From assembly GCA_973895155.1 (NCBI GenBank), contig OZ316892.1:9838283-9902282 (forward strand): 64,000 nucleotides of DNA, given 5' to 3'. The stretch comes from Marsupella aquatica. Its lineage: Eukaryota; Plantae; Marchantiophyta. The translations under genes were made by a program, and so were the position numbers. Position 1 is the stretch's first letter; the number at the start of each line of letters is the position of its first letter. Shown piece after piece: positions 1 to 13,648 of this stretch. Below the pieces are notes generated by a model. That model was not told where the DNA came from, did no database searches, and worked only from the letters and a program-made list of their open reading frames with translations.

Positions 1-18
1 AAACAAACTCCGATTGAA

Positions 19-1478
19 ATGCCATCACCATCACTGCGCACATTGGAGCTTCTTGCAGAAATTGTCGAGCACTTCTCTTCGGCCCTTTCAATCCAGTTGC
101 GCTCTCCGCTGTTGTTGGGTAAACTCAGTTCTTCTCGCGACGCACATCCACTGCTGGTTGACAGATTGCATCGTATGGCTTCTCTTGCAAATTGGAGGAA
201 AGATTTCATGAGAATGCAAGAGGCAGACGAAGCAGATTGGGATGAGGAGGAGAGGTTTTGGGAGATGATTCTCTACCAAGGACCACTGGCGATCACCTCC
301 ATCTTGGGAGAAAGAAGGAAAAGAAAGCATGGAGGCTCCCGGCCAGGAAGAAGCACCAACGTGGACTGAAACAGAGAGAAGGGAGCAGGCAATCTCTTCA
401 ACGATTACTTTGCGTTGAATCCCACATATTCAGAGCTCTCATTTCGAAGAAGGTTTAGGATGAGCTCTAAGGTTATTCAACAGAATTTTTCCTGCTGAGT
501 GTGCCCATGATCCTTATTTCCAATTGAAATATGATGCTACAGGAAAAGCGGGCCTCTCCCCACACCAGAAAATCATTGTTGCACTTCGTCAATTGGCTTA
601 TGGGATTGGGGCGGATGCAATTGCAGGATTGCTGAGAGCACTGCTCTTGAATCCCTGTATAGGTTTGTGAAGGCCATTTGAGAATTGTATCAAGGAAATT
701 ACTGGAGGAAGCCGACAGCACAGGATTTCCAAAACCACCTGGAAATCAATGCGGATCGAGGCTTTCCAGGAATGTTTGGCTCTCTTGATTGCATGCATTG
801 GCAATGGAAAAACTGCCCTGTAGCTTGGCAAGGTCAGTACACCGATAAGGATAAGACCAAGTCAATTATTCTTGAGGAAATTGCAAACCAAGAATTGTGG
901 ATTTGGCATGCTTTCTGGGGATTGGCAGGGGAAACAATGACCTCAATGTGTTGGATCGTTCACCACTCTTGAATGAGTGGTTAGCCAATGACTCGACCAA
1001 TGTTTCTTTCCATGTGAATGGGGTTGAATACAATCGATCCTACCTACTAGTGGATGGCATGTACCCAGATTGGTCAATGTTCATCTCCACTGTCCACTCG
1101 CCACAGAGTGAGAAATTGAGTCACTTTGCCAAGTGCCAAGAGGGTGCTCAGAAAGATGTTGAGAGAGCATTTGGTGTTCTGCAGGCTAGGTTTGAGATTG
1201 TGAAAAGGCCAGCCAGATCTTGGTTTCAGTCCAATTGGACAAGCATTCTGATGGCGTGTGTGGTGTTGCACAACATGATCCTGGAAGTCGAGTGAGGAGA
1301 GGCTGTTACACATTATCTGAGAGTAACCCAACCAGTTGTGAGGCATGGATTAATGCCTTGGCTCAAGTACCTTGAAGCCACTAGGGAAATCCACAACAAG
1401 GACTCTCATTTCAGGTTGAGAAATGATCTTGTGGAGCATTTGTGGGCATGTAGGGGTTCTGGGTTTGTAAACCATTGA
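19..1478 (+). pseudogene. PIF/Harbinger-type DDE transposase / ALP1-like nuclease, disrupted
   Basis: Pieces in different frames give GGSRPGR, NDYF..NPTYSELSFRRRFRMS, RGFPGMFGSLDCMHWQWKNCPVAWQGQY, YLLVDGMYP, KDVERAFGVLQARF, ACVVLHNMI and LRNDLVEHLW, which carry the D-D-E residues of Harbinger nucleases. There is an in-frame stop at 367-369 and several frameshifts. The true start is uncertain. Confidence 0.9.
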
Positions 1479-3620
1479 ACAGACCCCTGTAATGGTTCAA
1501 TTTATAGAGGAACAGTTGTTTTCAATTGTGAGAGCAAATACATTGTACAACCCTTGCATTGCCTTATTCTTAGGAGATTTTATCCTTGGACCCTCTCCTT
1601 TTTCAGGGTGACCTTGTTGAGCATATGCACACTTTCACACTCTCTAGCATCCTCGTCAAGGCACCTGAAATAGACCAAGTTTGGATTCTTCCTTCCAAAG
1701 GGAAAGGTACTAGAGGGTGGCTTTAGGCCCATCCGACCATCCCTCATTTGTGGATGTCTTGAGACGAGTTCTCAACTGCCATTCATCTTTGTCTGGGGTA
1801 CCTCACCCTCTTCTTGTAGGTCTTCCCATTTCATGCACATGTGGGAAGCCTTGTGATTTTGTCCATCTTCTTTGATGCGATTTGTGAGGCAAAGCGATAG
1901 TTGTGCATAATGCTAGGAGAGATGCTACTGCTCAGGTTCTCTTTGGGTCTTTGGTACACCTGCTGCTCAAGGTGGTGCCCGGTCCTCCACCACTGTGATT
2001 ACGGGTCAATATAACCATGGTCCGTGATGGTCGACATACTTTGGCGGATGTTGTGGTAGCAAACCCTTTGTCCCAGGACCTCCTTGAGATAGCGAGTGTG
2101 TAGCTTAGTTAACCATACCATGTCTCCAACTACGGTTAGCCTAAGTATGGTTATATATTGTAACCCTAGACTTGAGAGTAAATACCTAACAATGCATATG
2201 GAGACACACAGGGAGACAACATGGCCTCCCACTGCCTATACATGAAACCAAAGATCCTATTGTATGTCCCAACATCTTTGTGTAGCAAACTACCAACAAC
2301 TTCTTTGACTGGTAATTTTCCCTCTATTAATGTGTACTAAGACTCTCCAACATTCAATTTAGAGATCGACAAAGTGCAACCGCAAGTTTGAAACAAGAAC
2401 TTTGAACGAAGATCCTTCCAGGGAATTGATATGCTGGCTTAGACTCTGTAGCTTGTTGCCTAGTCTGGTCCTTGCCTACATTCAGCATTGGATTCAAAAC
2501 TCAAGGATTCAGACAGTTTCTATATACATTGTGATTCAAAGGATCTTGTGCTTAAATATTTGTTGTTTAGTGTATAGACCTCCAGAAACAATTATAAAGC
2601 TGCTGAAGAGATCTACAAAGAAACATATGGGGAAAAACAGCCAACCTTGCACATTCCTAGGGTTTGCAGGTAAAGCGGGTGCACTAAGAGCCCCCACAGG
2701 TGGAACTATATAGTGAAATGCATTTGCAAACAAACAGAGTATAGTTTTCCGGAAGTTACTTCTACCAATGATTCTTATCAGATCTGTCATTCCTTCAATG
2801 AATCTCTTTCACAACACCTCATTATTTCCCGGAAGACAGATGACAACAACAAGAGTGTACACTCCATGAAGTGGATGTGAGAAACATTAGTTTGTTGGCA
2901 GAACTTGTTACAACTAGTGTAGGTTCCAGAATGGCTTATCCAAATCTGATCCCCCAATGACAACTAGAATTGACCAATAATCTCTAGATTATGAAATGGC
3001 CTGTATCTTAGAGCATCTCTGACCCAATGGGGTTTTGTTATTCTAACCAGGCCCTGTAAAGATATGCAAAAAATTGAGGTTCAATCCACTCACTCAAATG
3101 TTATTTGGATTTCAGGAATGAGGTCTTTGTGTTATTGGATGTGTGTATGGAAGAGATTATACAATAGTTGATTTCTTATAGCGCTCAGGGTTTGTTACCA
3201 GGTTTCAGGATTTAAATCTATGGTTGTTAGATACAAATACCTGCAGTTAGGGATATTGCCCCATCAGAATTGGGGATGCTTTTGAGTTGGCCATGATAGA
3301 TACATATACTGAACTAAAAACAAGACATTGTGAGATTGAACATTGTCAGATCGGGTATTTAATGTACCCAATTATAAGCAAAACCCCGTTGGGTTGGAGA
3401 TCTGCTCTTAGAGAGACATCTGTATTCCAGTGCATTTCATGCCAATGGCCCTCATGGGGCTGTTATGGTTACTGGCCAGTGCGGTTGCCACAAAAGAGAA
3501 AGACCAACAGACATGGTAATGCGTACTTGGACCTGCCTAGGGACCTGAGCGAATGGATGTGACCTGAATCCCGGAAAATCAACACAGAACACAACTGGAG
3601 TGCAAGGCCCATCTGGTATG

Positions 3621-3946
3621 TGTGGGGAGAAATCAGATCAGGAAGAACACTCCAAACATACACGTGCTCAATAGTTACGTGGTTCGCCTCAAGGTTGACT
3701 ACGTCCACGGGAATACAAAGCTTTATTAGCGGTTATGTGTGTACTCAAGCATCACCATAGCTCTCATCTCTTCAAGCTCTCATCTCTTGCTATATCACTG
3801 TGTTCTCTCTTGAGAACTCTCTTGTGTGTGTTCTCACACCACATACAAGTTGAAGAGATAAGGATCAATCTCTTCAACTAGGGTTTACTCTAACCCTAGT
3901 TAACATCCTAACCATAGTTCAACCCAAGACTGAGTTAGCCTCTACA
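3621..3946 (-). repeat. 3' LTR of the copia element (326 bp)
   Basis: Matches 9343-9668 with about 11 substitutions counted by eye; lies next to the PPT. Confidence 0.97.
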
Positions 3947-4138
3947 AACTCCCCCTTGACTCACGTCTTGGGAGGGTTCATAATATTGTCTTTTCCTTAC
4001 AAGTTCCTCTGCGGGAAGTTCAAGACAGTAAGGCCAAAAGGCCCTCCCCCTAATGCAAGGGTTAACTAGAACTAAGCCGTAGCCGATAAGCCATCGGATG
4101 GAGTACTCATATAGAGACATTTTCTTGGTTAACTCTAT

Positions 4139-7100
4139 TTACAATATTTGTAAATAATTACAATGCCTTGAAAAACTATTGGAGTCTAATACTTTGGTAA
4201 AAGCATCCGCTGGATTAAGCTTTCCATCAATCTTGACAAGCTCAAATTCATTTTCCGATAATGCCTGTTGGATGAAATGATAGCGGACATCAATGTGCTT
4301 TACCCTGCCATCCAGCACCTGATTCTTGGCAGTGTAAATTGCACTTTGACTGTCACAATGAAGATACACAGAATCTTGTGATAAGCCCATCTCTTTGACA
4401 AGCTTTTTCAACCAAATGGTCTCTGATGCTGCTTCTGCTGCCGCTACATACTCGGCATCCATAGTAGACTTTGCAACACACTTTTGGAGAGTAGACTTCC
4501 AACTAATGCATCCACCAGCAAGTGTAAATACATATCCAGTTGTTGATCTCCTCTTATCCAGATCACCTGCGTAGTCTGCATCCACATAACCTTGAAGCAC
4601 TTTCATATTGTTTGAACTTGCATCAAACAATAAACCCTTCTTAGTGGAACCTCTGATGTAGCGCAAAATCCATTTCACTGCTTCCCAATGGACTTTTCCT
4701 GGATTTGCCATGTATCTGCTTACCTTGCTAACGGCATAAGCTATGTCTGGTCGGGTGCATACCATGAGATACATTAAACTGCCCACAGCACTTTCATAAG
4801 GAACTTTGGACATCAAACTTTTTTCTGTTGCATCCGATGGACAAAATGCTGCAGAAATATTGAAATGCCTTGCCAAAGGAACACTCACAGACTTAGCATC
4901 TGCCATGTTGAATTTTGAGAGCACCTTCTCTGCATATCTTTTTTGCGTCAGCCAAAGTTTGGCTTTGTTCACATCCCTGACAATCTCCATGCCTAGAATC
5001 CTCTTGGCTGGGCCCAAGTCCTTCATCTTAAACTCAGAACTGAGTTGGGCCTTAAGCTTATCAACTTCGCCCCTATCCTTTGCTGCAATGAGCATGTCAT
5101 CCACATAAAGTACAAGGATGACAAACTTAAAACCTATGTTGTTCACACGCCTGATGTAAACACATGGATCGTTCACGCTTCGCACAAATCCAAGCGATTT
5201 CAAAAATTCATCAAAACGCTTGTTCCATTGCCTTGGGCTCTGCTTTAATCCATACAAGGATTTTAGCAATCTGCATACCAAATTTTCCTTGCCCTTTTGT
5301 ACAAAACCCTCTGGTTGCCTCATGTAAATCACCTCATCCAACGATCCATATAAGAATGCCGTGACAACATCCATTTGATCTAAAACTAGATCAAATAAAA
5401 CTACAAGAGCACATAGCAAACGTATTGTTGAATACTTTGCTACGGGTGAAAAAACCTCATTGTAGTCTATACCTTTCTGTTGAGTAAAACCCTTGGCTAC
5501 CAACCGAGCCTTAAATATCTTCTCAGCATCCTCCGTGGGTCCATCTTTCTTTCTATACACCCACTTGTTGTCAACAGCCTGCTTGTCACTAGGTAGACTT
5601 GTGAGTTCCCAAGTCTTGTTATCATGAAATGATTTCATTTCCATGCGCATCGCCGCCTGCCATTGTTGCTTCTCCATAGAAGCTAGGACCTCTCGAAATG
5701 AGGATGGATCTCCATCTTCTGTCACCAATGCATCAATAGATTCTTCATCCAAATCCACTTGATCAGAAGGAAGCCAAGTTCCATACCTTTCTCGGGCTTG
5801 ACGTTTGCGAGTTCCTCTTTGCACTGAAGACTCTGGCTGATCTGATTGTAGTGTGCTTTGCCTTACAGTGGTGTCAACATATTCTTCATCTGACACATCC
5901 TTTCCCCTTAAATCCTCTAGAGGAGGAGATTGCACTTTGTTAGTAGTAGGGAATTGATCTATCTCCTCCTCCTTCAATGATTTGTCTTCATTGAAGGATA
6001 CATCCCGACTAACAAGTAACTTGCAATCAACTGGATCCCACAATCGATATCCTTTAACGTCACGCTGATAACCAAGAAAAATGCATTTCTAGGCTCTAGG
6101 ATCTAGCTTAGTCCTATTGTTGCTAGGATTATGTGCATGTGCTTCACAGCCAAAAATCTTAAGCTTTGAATAATCAGCAGGTCGATTGTGCCATAGCTCA
6201 AAGGGGGTTTTGTAAGTAATTGCCCGACTAGGAGAGAGATTTACGAGATAAGCAGCTATGTTGACAGCTTCCGCCCAAAAGATTTATGGCAATTTAGAGT
6301 GGCTCAACATGCTCCATGCTCGCTCCAACAATGTGCGGTTGAGTCGCTCAGCAATACCATTTTGCTCAAGAGTGTACACAGTTGTGAGATGGTGAGTAAT
6401 CCCTTATTTGCACAATATGCGTTGAACTCGCTAGAGGTGTATTCACCACCATTATCTGATCGTAGATATCTCACATTCTTTGCAGTCTGTGTCTCAACTT
6501 GAGCTATCCATTGTTTGAAGATGGAAAATACTTCAAACTTATGGGCAATGAAATAAATCCAAACAAACCTTAAGTAATCATCGATAAACGATACATAGTA
6601 TTGTTTGCCTGAATGTGAGGAAACCGGAGCAGGACCCCACACATCGGAATGAATATACTCAAGTACAACTTTAGAATGATGAATGGCAGTCGGAAATGGA
6701 GTTCTTATTTTCTTGCCGACAATGCAATGATCATAAAAACTCAACTTGCATGCTTGCAATCCTGGTAGGAGATGTCGCTTGTGTAGGATTTCCAAACTTT
6801 TTTCACTCATGTGACCAAGCCGAGCATGCCATAAATTGATTTTCTCCTCCTGAGATGTGACCAAATTGACTTCGGCAAGAAGTGTGGTGCCTTCCAAGAC
6901 ATAGATGTTTCTTTTCCTTGCCAATAAGAACTTCAGTTGATCCATGCGTGACTGTTAACACCCCATCAGTTGCACTCCATTGATAACCCTTCGCATCCAA
7001 GTAGCCAAGAGAAATCAAATTCTTACACATTTCTGGAATGTGTCTGACATTTGATAGAGTACAGTACTTGCCACCGGGTAGTTGAATCTTTACGGATCCA

Positions 7101-8170
7101 ATCCCTAAAACTTTGCAAGAATGATTATTTCCCATCAAAACAGATCCATTGATAGGAGTGTAGGATGAGAAAAGTTCACGCATATAGCACATGTGATATG
7201 AGCAAGCGGAATCCAAGATCCATTGACAATCCTCAATTTGGGAAGTGGTACACAATGCAAATCCTTCACTATCCTCTTCTCGAACAACTACTTGGGCTGA
7301 AGAACCGACAACTTCCTTGAATGTGTCTTTGACGCGACAATCCTTCTTCATGTGGCCCACTTTGTCACACTTCCAACACTTTATCTCACGAGTAGACTTG
7401 GATGGTGATTTGGATCGAGATCTAGATCTGGATCTAAACCTCCTCCTACCAAAAGATCGGTCGTGGAACCTTCCACGCTCCATGGGAAGTGGGTTAAACC
7501 TTTTGTTTTCATGAGATAGCTCCCTTGATTTGCCTCTTTCTACCAACAGTGCGGTTGATGATGAGGTTGAGGTAGGATGAGCTGAAGAAACCAGCTTAGA
7601 CTGCATGTCATCGGTCAACAACGCACTCACCACATCATTGTAGGATATAGTTGTCTTATCACGGAATAGAAGAACTCAAGACAAAGATTGGTACGAAGGT
7701 GGTAGTGAGCTCAAGAGTTGTAAGGCTTTCTTTTCTTCGCTCAAATGCTCCCCCAAATTCTCTAGGTCAACCACAAGATCATTGAACTGATCGATATGAT
7801 CTTGAATCTTGACTCCATCAGCCATTTTGAATTGCATGAGCTGCAGGCTTGCATACATTCGGTTTGACATCTCCTTCTTGTAGTACTTGTTGCGCAATGC
7901 TTGAAACAAGTCCGTCACCGTTTGTGTTGCTTTTTCCTCGAACTGCTTCTTCACATTGTTTTTCAGGTACATGCCAACAATACTTACCGCTTGATCCTGG
8001 AGATCATGCCAATCATCATCTTCCATCTCCTTGGGTTGAGATCTTAGTACCTTGCCTAGGCCCATCGCCCTAAGTGCATCTCTCACGTTACGTTCCCACA
8101 TTGTATAGTCCATCCGACCATCAAATTTTTCCACCTCAAACCTTTGACCTCCAATCCTAGTAGTCGCCAT
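4139..8170 (-). pseudogene. Copia gag-pol polyprotein with one nonsense codon and frameshifts
   Basis: Gag (EKFDG..YTMW; LLSSLPPSY), then TGA at 7676-7678 with the frame continuing. Zinc knuckle CWKCDKVGHMKKDC, protease WILDSACSYHM, GAG-pre-integrase LWHARLGHMS, integrase HSDVWGP / RSDNGGEY, RT KARLVAKGF / LYGLKQSPRQW / LYVDDML, RNase H DADYAGDLDKRRSTTGY. Frameshifts near 6910 and 6280-6400. Confidence 0.96.
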
Positions 8171-9328
8171 CGCTAGAATGCCAAATGTAGTGTGGAGTTG
8201 CCTTCCAACAAGAAATAAATGTCGAATGCTCAGATGCGGGGTGTGAAAATAAGGCCAAAAATGAAAGTTGATGAATTTTGAAACTGATCACTCCTGTGTG
8301 TAGCCCACAAGGTAACGCTCCAAATGCTGAAAACGGTTTGTCAAACGGACTCTCGAGTGCCGAGAATTTTTACTCTGACCGGAGGGGGGTAAAAAATGAA
8401 ATAAATACCCCTCGAGGGAATCTTTTATGCCAAAGATTCCACTAGTATGCGTTTCCAAAATTGAGCACACCAATGCTTGCCTAGCTTCCCCAAGTACACC
8501 TCTCCAAAAGTTGAAGTTGATTCAATTTTGTTTGCCGCTCGGAATCTTTGACCTTCGGTAAAAATTTAAGCTTCTGGAAAAAGAATCTTTTCGGGAAATT
8601 CCGTCCGCCCTTGTACAGCCCCTGTGGGGGAAATTCACAGGGGGCACTTCCCCCTGCCCGAGCCTTGTCGAGCCCTAAAAGGCCTCCTCGAAGTTTTCGA
8701 CCTCCTCGCGCGTCCGCGGAAGTCGCGACTACTCACGGCAGAAAGTACCCCTCGGCGGATTCACTCAAATTCCCGTCTCAGTTTTTGACGAAATCCAATT
8801 CTGATTTCAGATTCAGAAACTAGACTTCGAGGGCATCAAGATCGATATAAAGAACTTGCAAAACGGTGGAGTAATGAGGGAGAAACGATTCGTTGAAAGT
8901 GACTGATATTAAGTTATCCGCCATAGCCAAAATTTCGAGCTCAAAAAACGAGAATTGAAATTAAGATTGTTTCTCAACCGTTTGACGGAATTCAACGATG
9001 TTGGTATCGAAACGTCTAGAAAGACAAAGCGCTCTAGCGTATCTCAGTTTCAAGTCCCGATAGAACAATCAAAATGACTGATATGAGAAATTGACCTTAT
9101 CTCTTGCCCGATAACGTAAATTGAAAACCGTCACTTACAATTGTTTCCATTTCTGACCTCAGGCCTTCATTGCTTCACTGAAATGAGCCCCTGGTTGTGT
9201 GCTCCACACTTGTGAGAAGATTGAGTCCGATCTTCTTTCAATAGCTCCGCTTCGAAGAGGAAATCATCCGCTGTTCGCTTTGCTTGAAGCAAGTTCTATG
9301 GAGTTCCTAATCGACTGAAAAAATCTGA

Positions 9329-9340
9329 GCTCTGATACCA
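9329..9340 (-). promoter_or_regulatory. Primer-binding site complementary to the tRNA-iMet 3' end
   Basis: GCTCTGATACCA on plus equals TGGTATCAGAGC on minus, 2 nt from the LTR. Confidence 0.95.
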
Positions 9341-9342
9341 AT

Positions 9343-9668
9343 TGTGGGGAGAAATCAGATCAGGAAAAACACTCCAAACATGCACGTGCTCAATAGTTAC
9401 GTGGTTCGCCTCAAGGTTGGCTACGTCCATGGGAAGACCAAACTTTATTAGTGGTTATGTTTGTACTCAAGCATCACCATAGCTCTCATCTCTTCAAGCT
9501 CTCATCTCTTGCTATATCACTGTGTTCTCTCTTGAGAACTCTCTTGTGTGTGTTCTCACACCACATACAAGTTGAAGAGATAAGGATCAATCTCTTCAAC
9601 TAGGGTTTATTCTAACCCTAGTTAACATCCTAACCATAGTTCAACCCAAGACTGAGTTAACCTCTACA
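9343..9668 (-). repeat. 5' LTR of the copia element (326 bp)
   Basis: Matches 3621-3946; followed on the minus strand by the tRNA-iMet primer-binding site. Confidence 0.97.
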
Positions 9669-12199
9669 GTATGTACAACATTGGCCAACCCATCAGTCAG
9701 CCCAGCCACACTACCACAACCCCTCCATTTCATTGTCCCAAGCAGGCCCACTGGTGTGATGTGGCAGATGTCAATGGCTGGTTGTTTTTATGGTTGGATA
9801 CTGCCCGCCCCCATGGACAGGTGGAGGGAAGGTGACTAAAATGGTGGGTTGTGGGGCGGGTCCAAGATGGCCAGCATAGCAAGCGGGTACTGTACTATAG
9901 TACCGAAGATGAATGAAATGAATATAAACTAGCCGGAATATTGGGCCTATGCACACCCATACCGTCCAATGCCAATTATTCACAAGCATAGACTAAATAT
10001 CAAAATTCGACGTTACCAAAGAAATTATGCCCTAAGGCTTGTCTCTTTGGAGTAGGTCATTACCCATAGACTTCAGTTGTGGATTAGAGTGAAGATAGAT
10101 TATGTGCTCAACTAGCTTGACTGCCTCTCTTACAAATTTAAATTCAACAAGGAAAAACAAGGCCTTGTGACAAAATGGATTTTCTTCTTTGTCACTTGAG
10201 ATCTTGCCCATTGAGGGTCACCATTCACTTTGATATGTTTTCAAGTGACTTCTCCCCAATCCTGCCCATTCTTGCCAGCACCCCAGTTTCAGTTACTCCC
10301 CCATGTTATAGTCACAATTGTGACAATTATTTTTTCTTGAGTGGATATTACATGCTGTCACAATTAGTTTCTCTTTAGTGAGTATTTTATCTGCCATAAA
10401 TCCATCCCTTTCGAGGAAAAAGAATGGTCCCATTTCTGTTGTTGTGCTGGATGCGTTTGGTTGTGACTCGTGGTTGGGCTCCTGTTCTGACTTGTAGCTG
10501 GGTTTATGGGCCCGCTTCTGCATTACTGGATTTAAGTCTCTGAAGCCACCATCCAACGGTGTAACCTGCAATGTGGGGCCAAAATAAGGACGTCCCATTG
10601 TTAAGGTTTTTTCAAACTTTAAAAATAAAAAAATCAATCATCGAGGACGTTGCCTGACAAATCACCATACGATCAACCCGCTCAATTTTAAACGTTTTCT
10701 TTTTTCCATCTGTAAGGGAGAAGATGCTAGGAACATGCCTTCTCGACTTTTGTTAAATTAATTTGTAACCATCAAATCCCCCTAGATTTCGGGATAACAG
10801 TTAGATTTGGGCTAGTGGGGGTCGGTGGTTATCTGAGCAACGGGCTAATGGACGACAGTAAAACCTATAGAAAACCTTCTCAGAGCGGTCCTGTAGCGAA
10901 TTTTCGCCACTAAAAGAAATGCGACGGGAGGTTCCCTTATCAAGCCAATCGCGAACTGTTACGTACTCTACAGTATCTCTATACGGTATGTGGCTGCCCG
11001 CAAGCAGCGGAGCCAGGAATGCCAGCAGGAATGCCACGTCATGTCCTGTAGTCACGTTGATTGGTTTCCCCCTGCCCCGAATACCAGAGTGCAATTCTGC
11101 GCGAACCCGCGCCCGTGATCTGTCCCGGGTCTTCTCTTCTTCGCCGGTTCGGCCCCGCCGCGTTACCCGGGTCCACGAGTCCAGGCCCCTGCGCTGGCCC
11201 CGCCCCGCCTTTTCCTCAGTACCGTAGTATGGACGACAGGTCCCGTCTATAATTGACCCCACTTTCGGGACCTGAGTGGCTGAGTACCTGAATTGTTTTA
11301 ACCCATTAGGGCGTGTCAAACTTAGAGTATCCCGCTTTGAGAAATTTAAGTCCGTGACATGATATAAACTTAACTTTGGGCTACTTCAATCAGGGGGGTT
11401 CCCCTTTGGATTGGTTTCAACAAGCTCCCACAGGTCAACAAGGTGCCAACAGATTTTTAATAGACCTACCCTCAATTTTTGGGCAAATTTAATCAGGGGG
11501 GTTTTCAGTCTTATGCTGGTTTCAACAAGCTCCTGCAGGTCAAGAAGGCACCAACAAGTTTTGAAAAGAGCCCAAAAATTCTTGAAGGGTGTCAACACAT
11601 ATTTCCCTATGACCCATCTAACTATACAATTGCAATAGTGCATGTCAAAGTTCTCCCTAACTAAAATGTTACTATTTTATTTTTTGAACATATTATTCTT
11701 ATGGGGTACTTATTTTGGTAACCCATAATGATTATGTATTGAACCGTAACTGAATTACAGCTATGTTTTTACACTCTAATATGAACCTTGTGCTCAGGAA
11801 GTAAGGTCAAGAGTGAGGCCTCTGAATCTGTTGGGCGGAATTGAAATCCAGGGTTTGTGTAGAAAATGAGGAGTACGTGCATGGCCAGTTTGTGAGAATG
11901 CACATGTAATTGGTGAACAGGCAAGGTTTGAATATAGTCATCTCTATTTACTTTCAAGAAACTAAGTACAGCGAATAGGCAAACGGCTTGATCTCCTCGT
12001 GACTATTCATTGTCAAAGAATTGGTAGTCAGTTTAGTATCTATGACCTTTATTCAACGTTTAATCAAATTTCAAGTTTAATGAAAATAATCAAATGTAAA
12101 GGAACACTGACCAGGAGGGTTTACGTGTCAACTTGGCGAGAGTTCACTGTTCCCGGAACCTGCCTCCCCTGACCGTCCGGATGGGCGACGGACGGGCAC

Positions 12200-12577
12200 C
12201 TTTGCTTGTGCTCAACGCACGGCGGGCCGGGCCGAGCCGGGCCGAGCCGGGCCGAGCGTAGCCCGCGCAGAGCCGAGCACCGCAGAGCCACAAAGCAGCG
12301 CCCCATCGTCTGTTTCGTTCCTTCTTCGTCTGTCATTCCTCAGTGCCCACTAATTCTCCTGTCCATCACTCCGTCTCTCAACTGCCTCCCAACCTCTACA
12401 AGAGGATTTGCCTCCGCCGATCTCCACCGCAGAGTGGCATTCGTGCGCGTACCCCCTTTCTTTAAAACAAGAAGAACACGAGCGAGCGAGAGCAAAGCAA
12501 TCATTATCGTCACGCGAAAGGCCATTCGAGATCCAACGAACGGGTTCGTTGCTGTGCTGAGAGACGGAAGGAAGCGG
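12200..12577 (+). promoter_or_regulatory. Probable SAMDC promoter and first non-coding exon
   Basis: GC-rich patch with tandem GCCGAGCCGG units (12224-12257), then a CT-rich leader from ~12310. Candidate donor GCG|GTGAGG at ~12577 could pair with acceptor TTTTGGCAG at 13630. Confidence 0.5.
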
Positions 12578-13639
12578 TGAGGTGTGGGTGTGGTGTGGGG
12601 TGGAGCGGAGGAGGTTGGGTTCTGTGATTTGAGCGTTTAGGGTCGAGTTTTCCTTCTCGAAAACGCGTTGTCGAAGGCGATTGTGGTCGTATGGTTGTGG
12701 CGATTGAGCGTCTAGGTTTCTGTCGTCGATCTTGAGCGGCGGATGGTTGTGGTTGCGGAATCGTGAAGGTGAAGTACGGTGAGAGGCGAAGAGCTTTTGT
12801 TGGAGCAGGGATTTCTGGCGTGGGCGGGTGGCCGGACTGGTCAGCACGACGACGACGCCTACGGGAACAGAGCATGTATGTATATCGGTACTCGAACTAG
12901 AGTTGCACGGTGCGCCACTGCACCAGCGAATGTGTACTGTCTAGAGTCTGGTGCCGCAGTTTTCCTCGTAGACTGACAAGTTTTTCGTCCTTGTCGGGAT
13001 TGGTTGCACTCATTGCAGAATAGTCCCTTTTGGCCCTTGGCTGGCATAGATGTAGACCTAAATTCCGAATCCCAGTTGTGACTTGAAATAGTTAGATTTA
13101 CCGAGTTTATTCAGCGAAGGACGAGTCGAGGTTGGAGGATATGGCGGAAAAGTGTCCGTCTCTCCTCTCTCTAGGGAGTGGGGATGTGTGTAGGGATGGA
13201 TGTTTTGGAGTCTGGTTTGACCGTTTTTGTGCCAAGGATGAGACGCGAGGCATCGCGCTTGAGTTGTCCCTACGCCTCCCTGTGGGGTCGCGGTACTTGT
13301 CTCTGTGTCTGGCAGAGCGTGCACGGATGGCGGTTACAGAGCCGTGATTATTTTGCAGTGTGCACTCTCAAGAATCTGCACCTTTTTCTTTCCGTATTAG
13401 CAATCGCCAACGAATTTCGCTGAATGGATTGCCAGGCTGCAGCCAGCCCTAGAGCCCTCCGTGATGAGCAGCTGCTATGATGTGACCCGCGCGGCTGTTC
13501 TCACTGTCTATCGAAGACTTTCATTTTTTCCGATGTTAAGGAAGATCATACACTTTTTCGTACGCTGTCTGTCTGTCGCAGCAGAGCCGCTGATGTTGTC
13601 GATGCTTTTGTCCTTGTTGGATTTTGGCAGAAGGCCTTA

Positions 13640-13648
13640 ATGTTATAA
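13640..13648 (+). promoter_or_regulatory. SAMDC tiny uORF (ATG TTA TAA) overlapping the small uORF start (TAATG)
   Basis: ATGTTATAATGGAG at 13640-13653. The last base of the stop is the A of the next ATG, the known plant AdoMetDC leader arrangement. Confidence 0.9.

Larger units (their letters stand above)
3621..9668 (-). mobile_element. Full-length Ty1/copia LTR retrotransposon (Tnt1/Tork-like), inactivated
   Basis: Direct repeats at 3621-3946 and 9343-9668 with TG...CA ends. 5-bp TSD GTATG at 3616-3620 and 9669-9673. PBS TGGTATCAGAGC (minus strand, 9329-9340) and PPT AAGGGGGAG (minus, ~3949-3957). Domain order is gag-PR-INT-RT-RNaseH. Confidence 0.98.

Noticed and set aside
10236-11359. 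GC-rich LTR-like segment ending ...GTCCGTGACA
   Set aside because: Probably TE-derived, but the only matching TSD candidate (TGATA at 10231 and 11360) has weak terminal inverted repeats, so the boundaries are not supportable.
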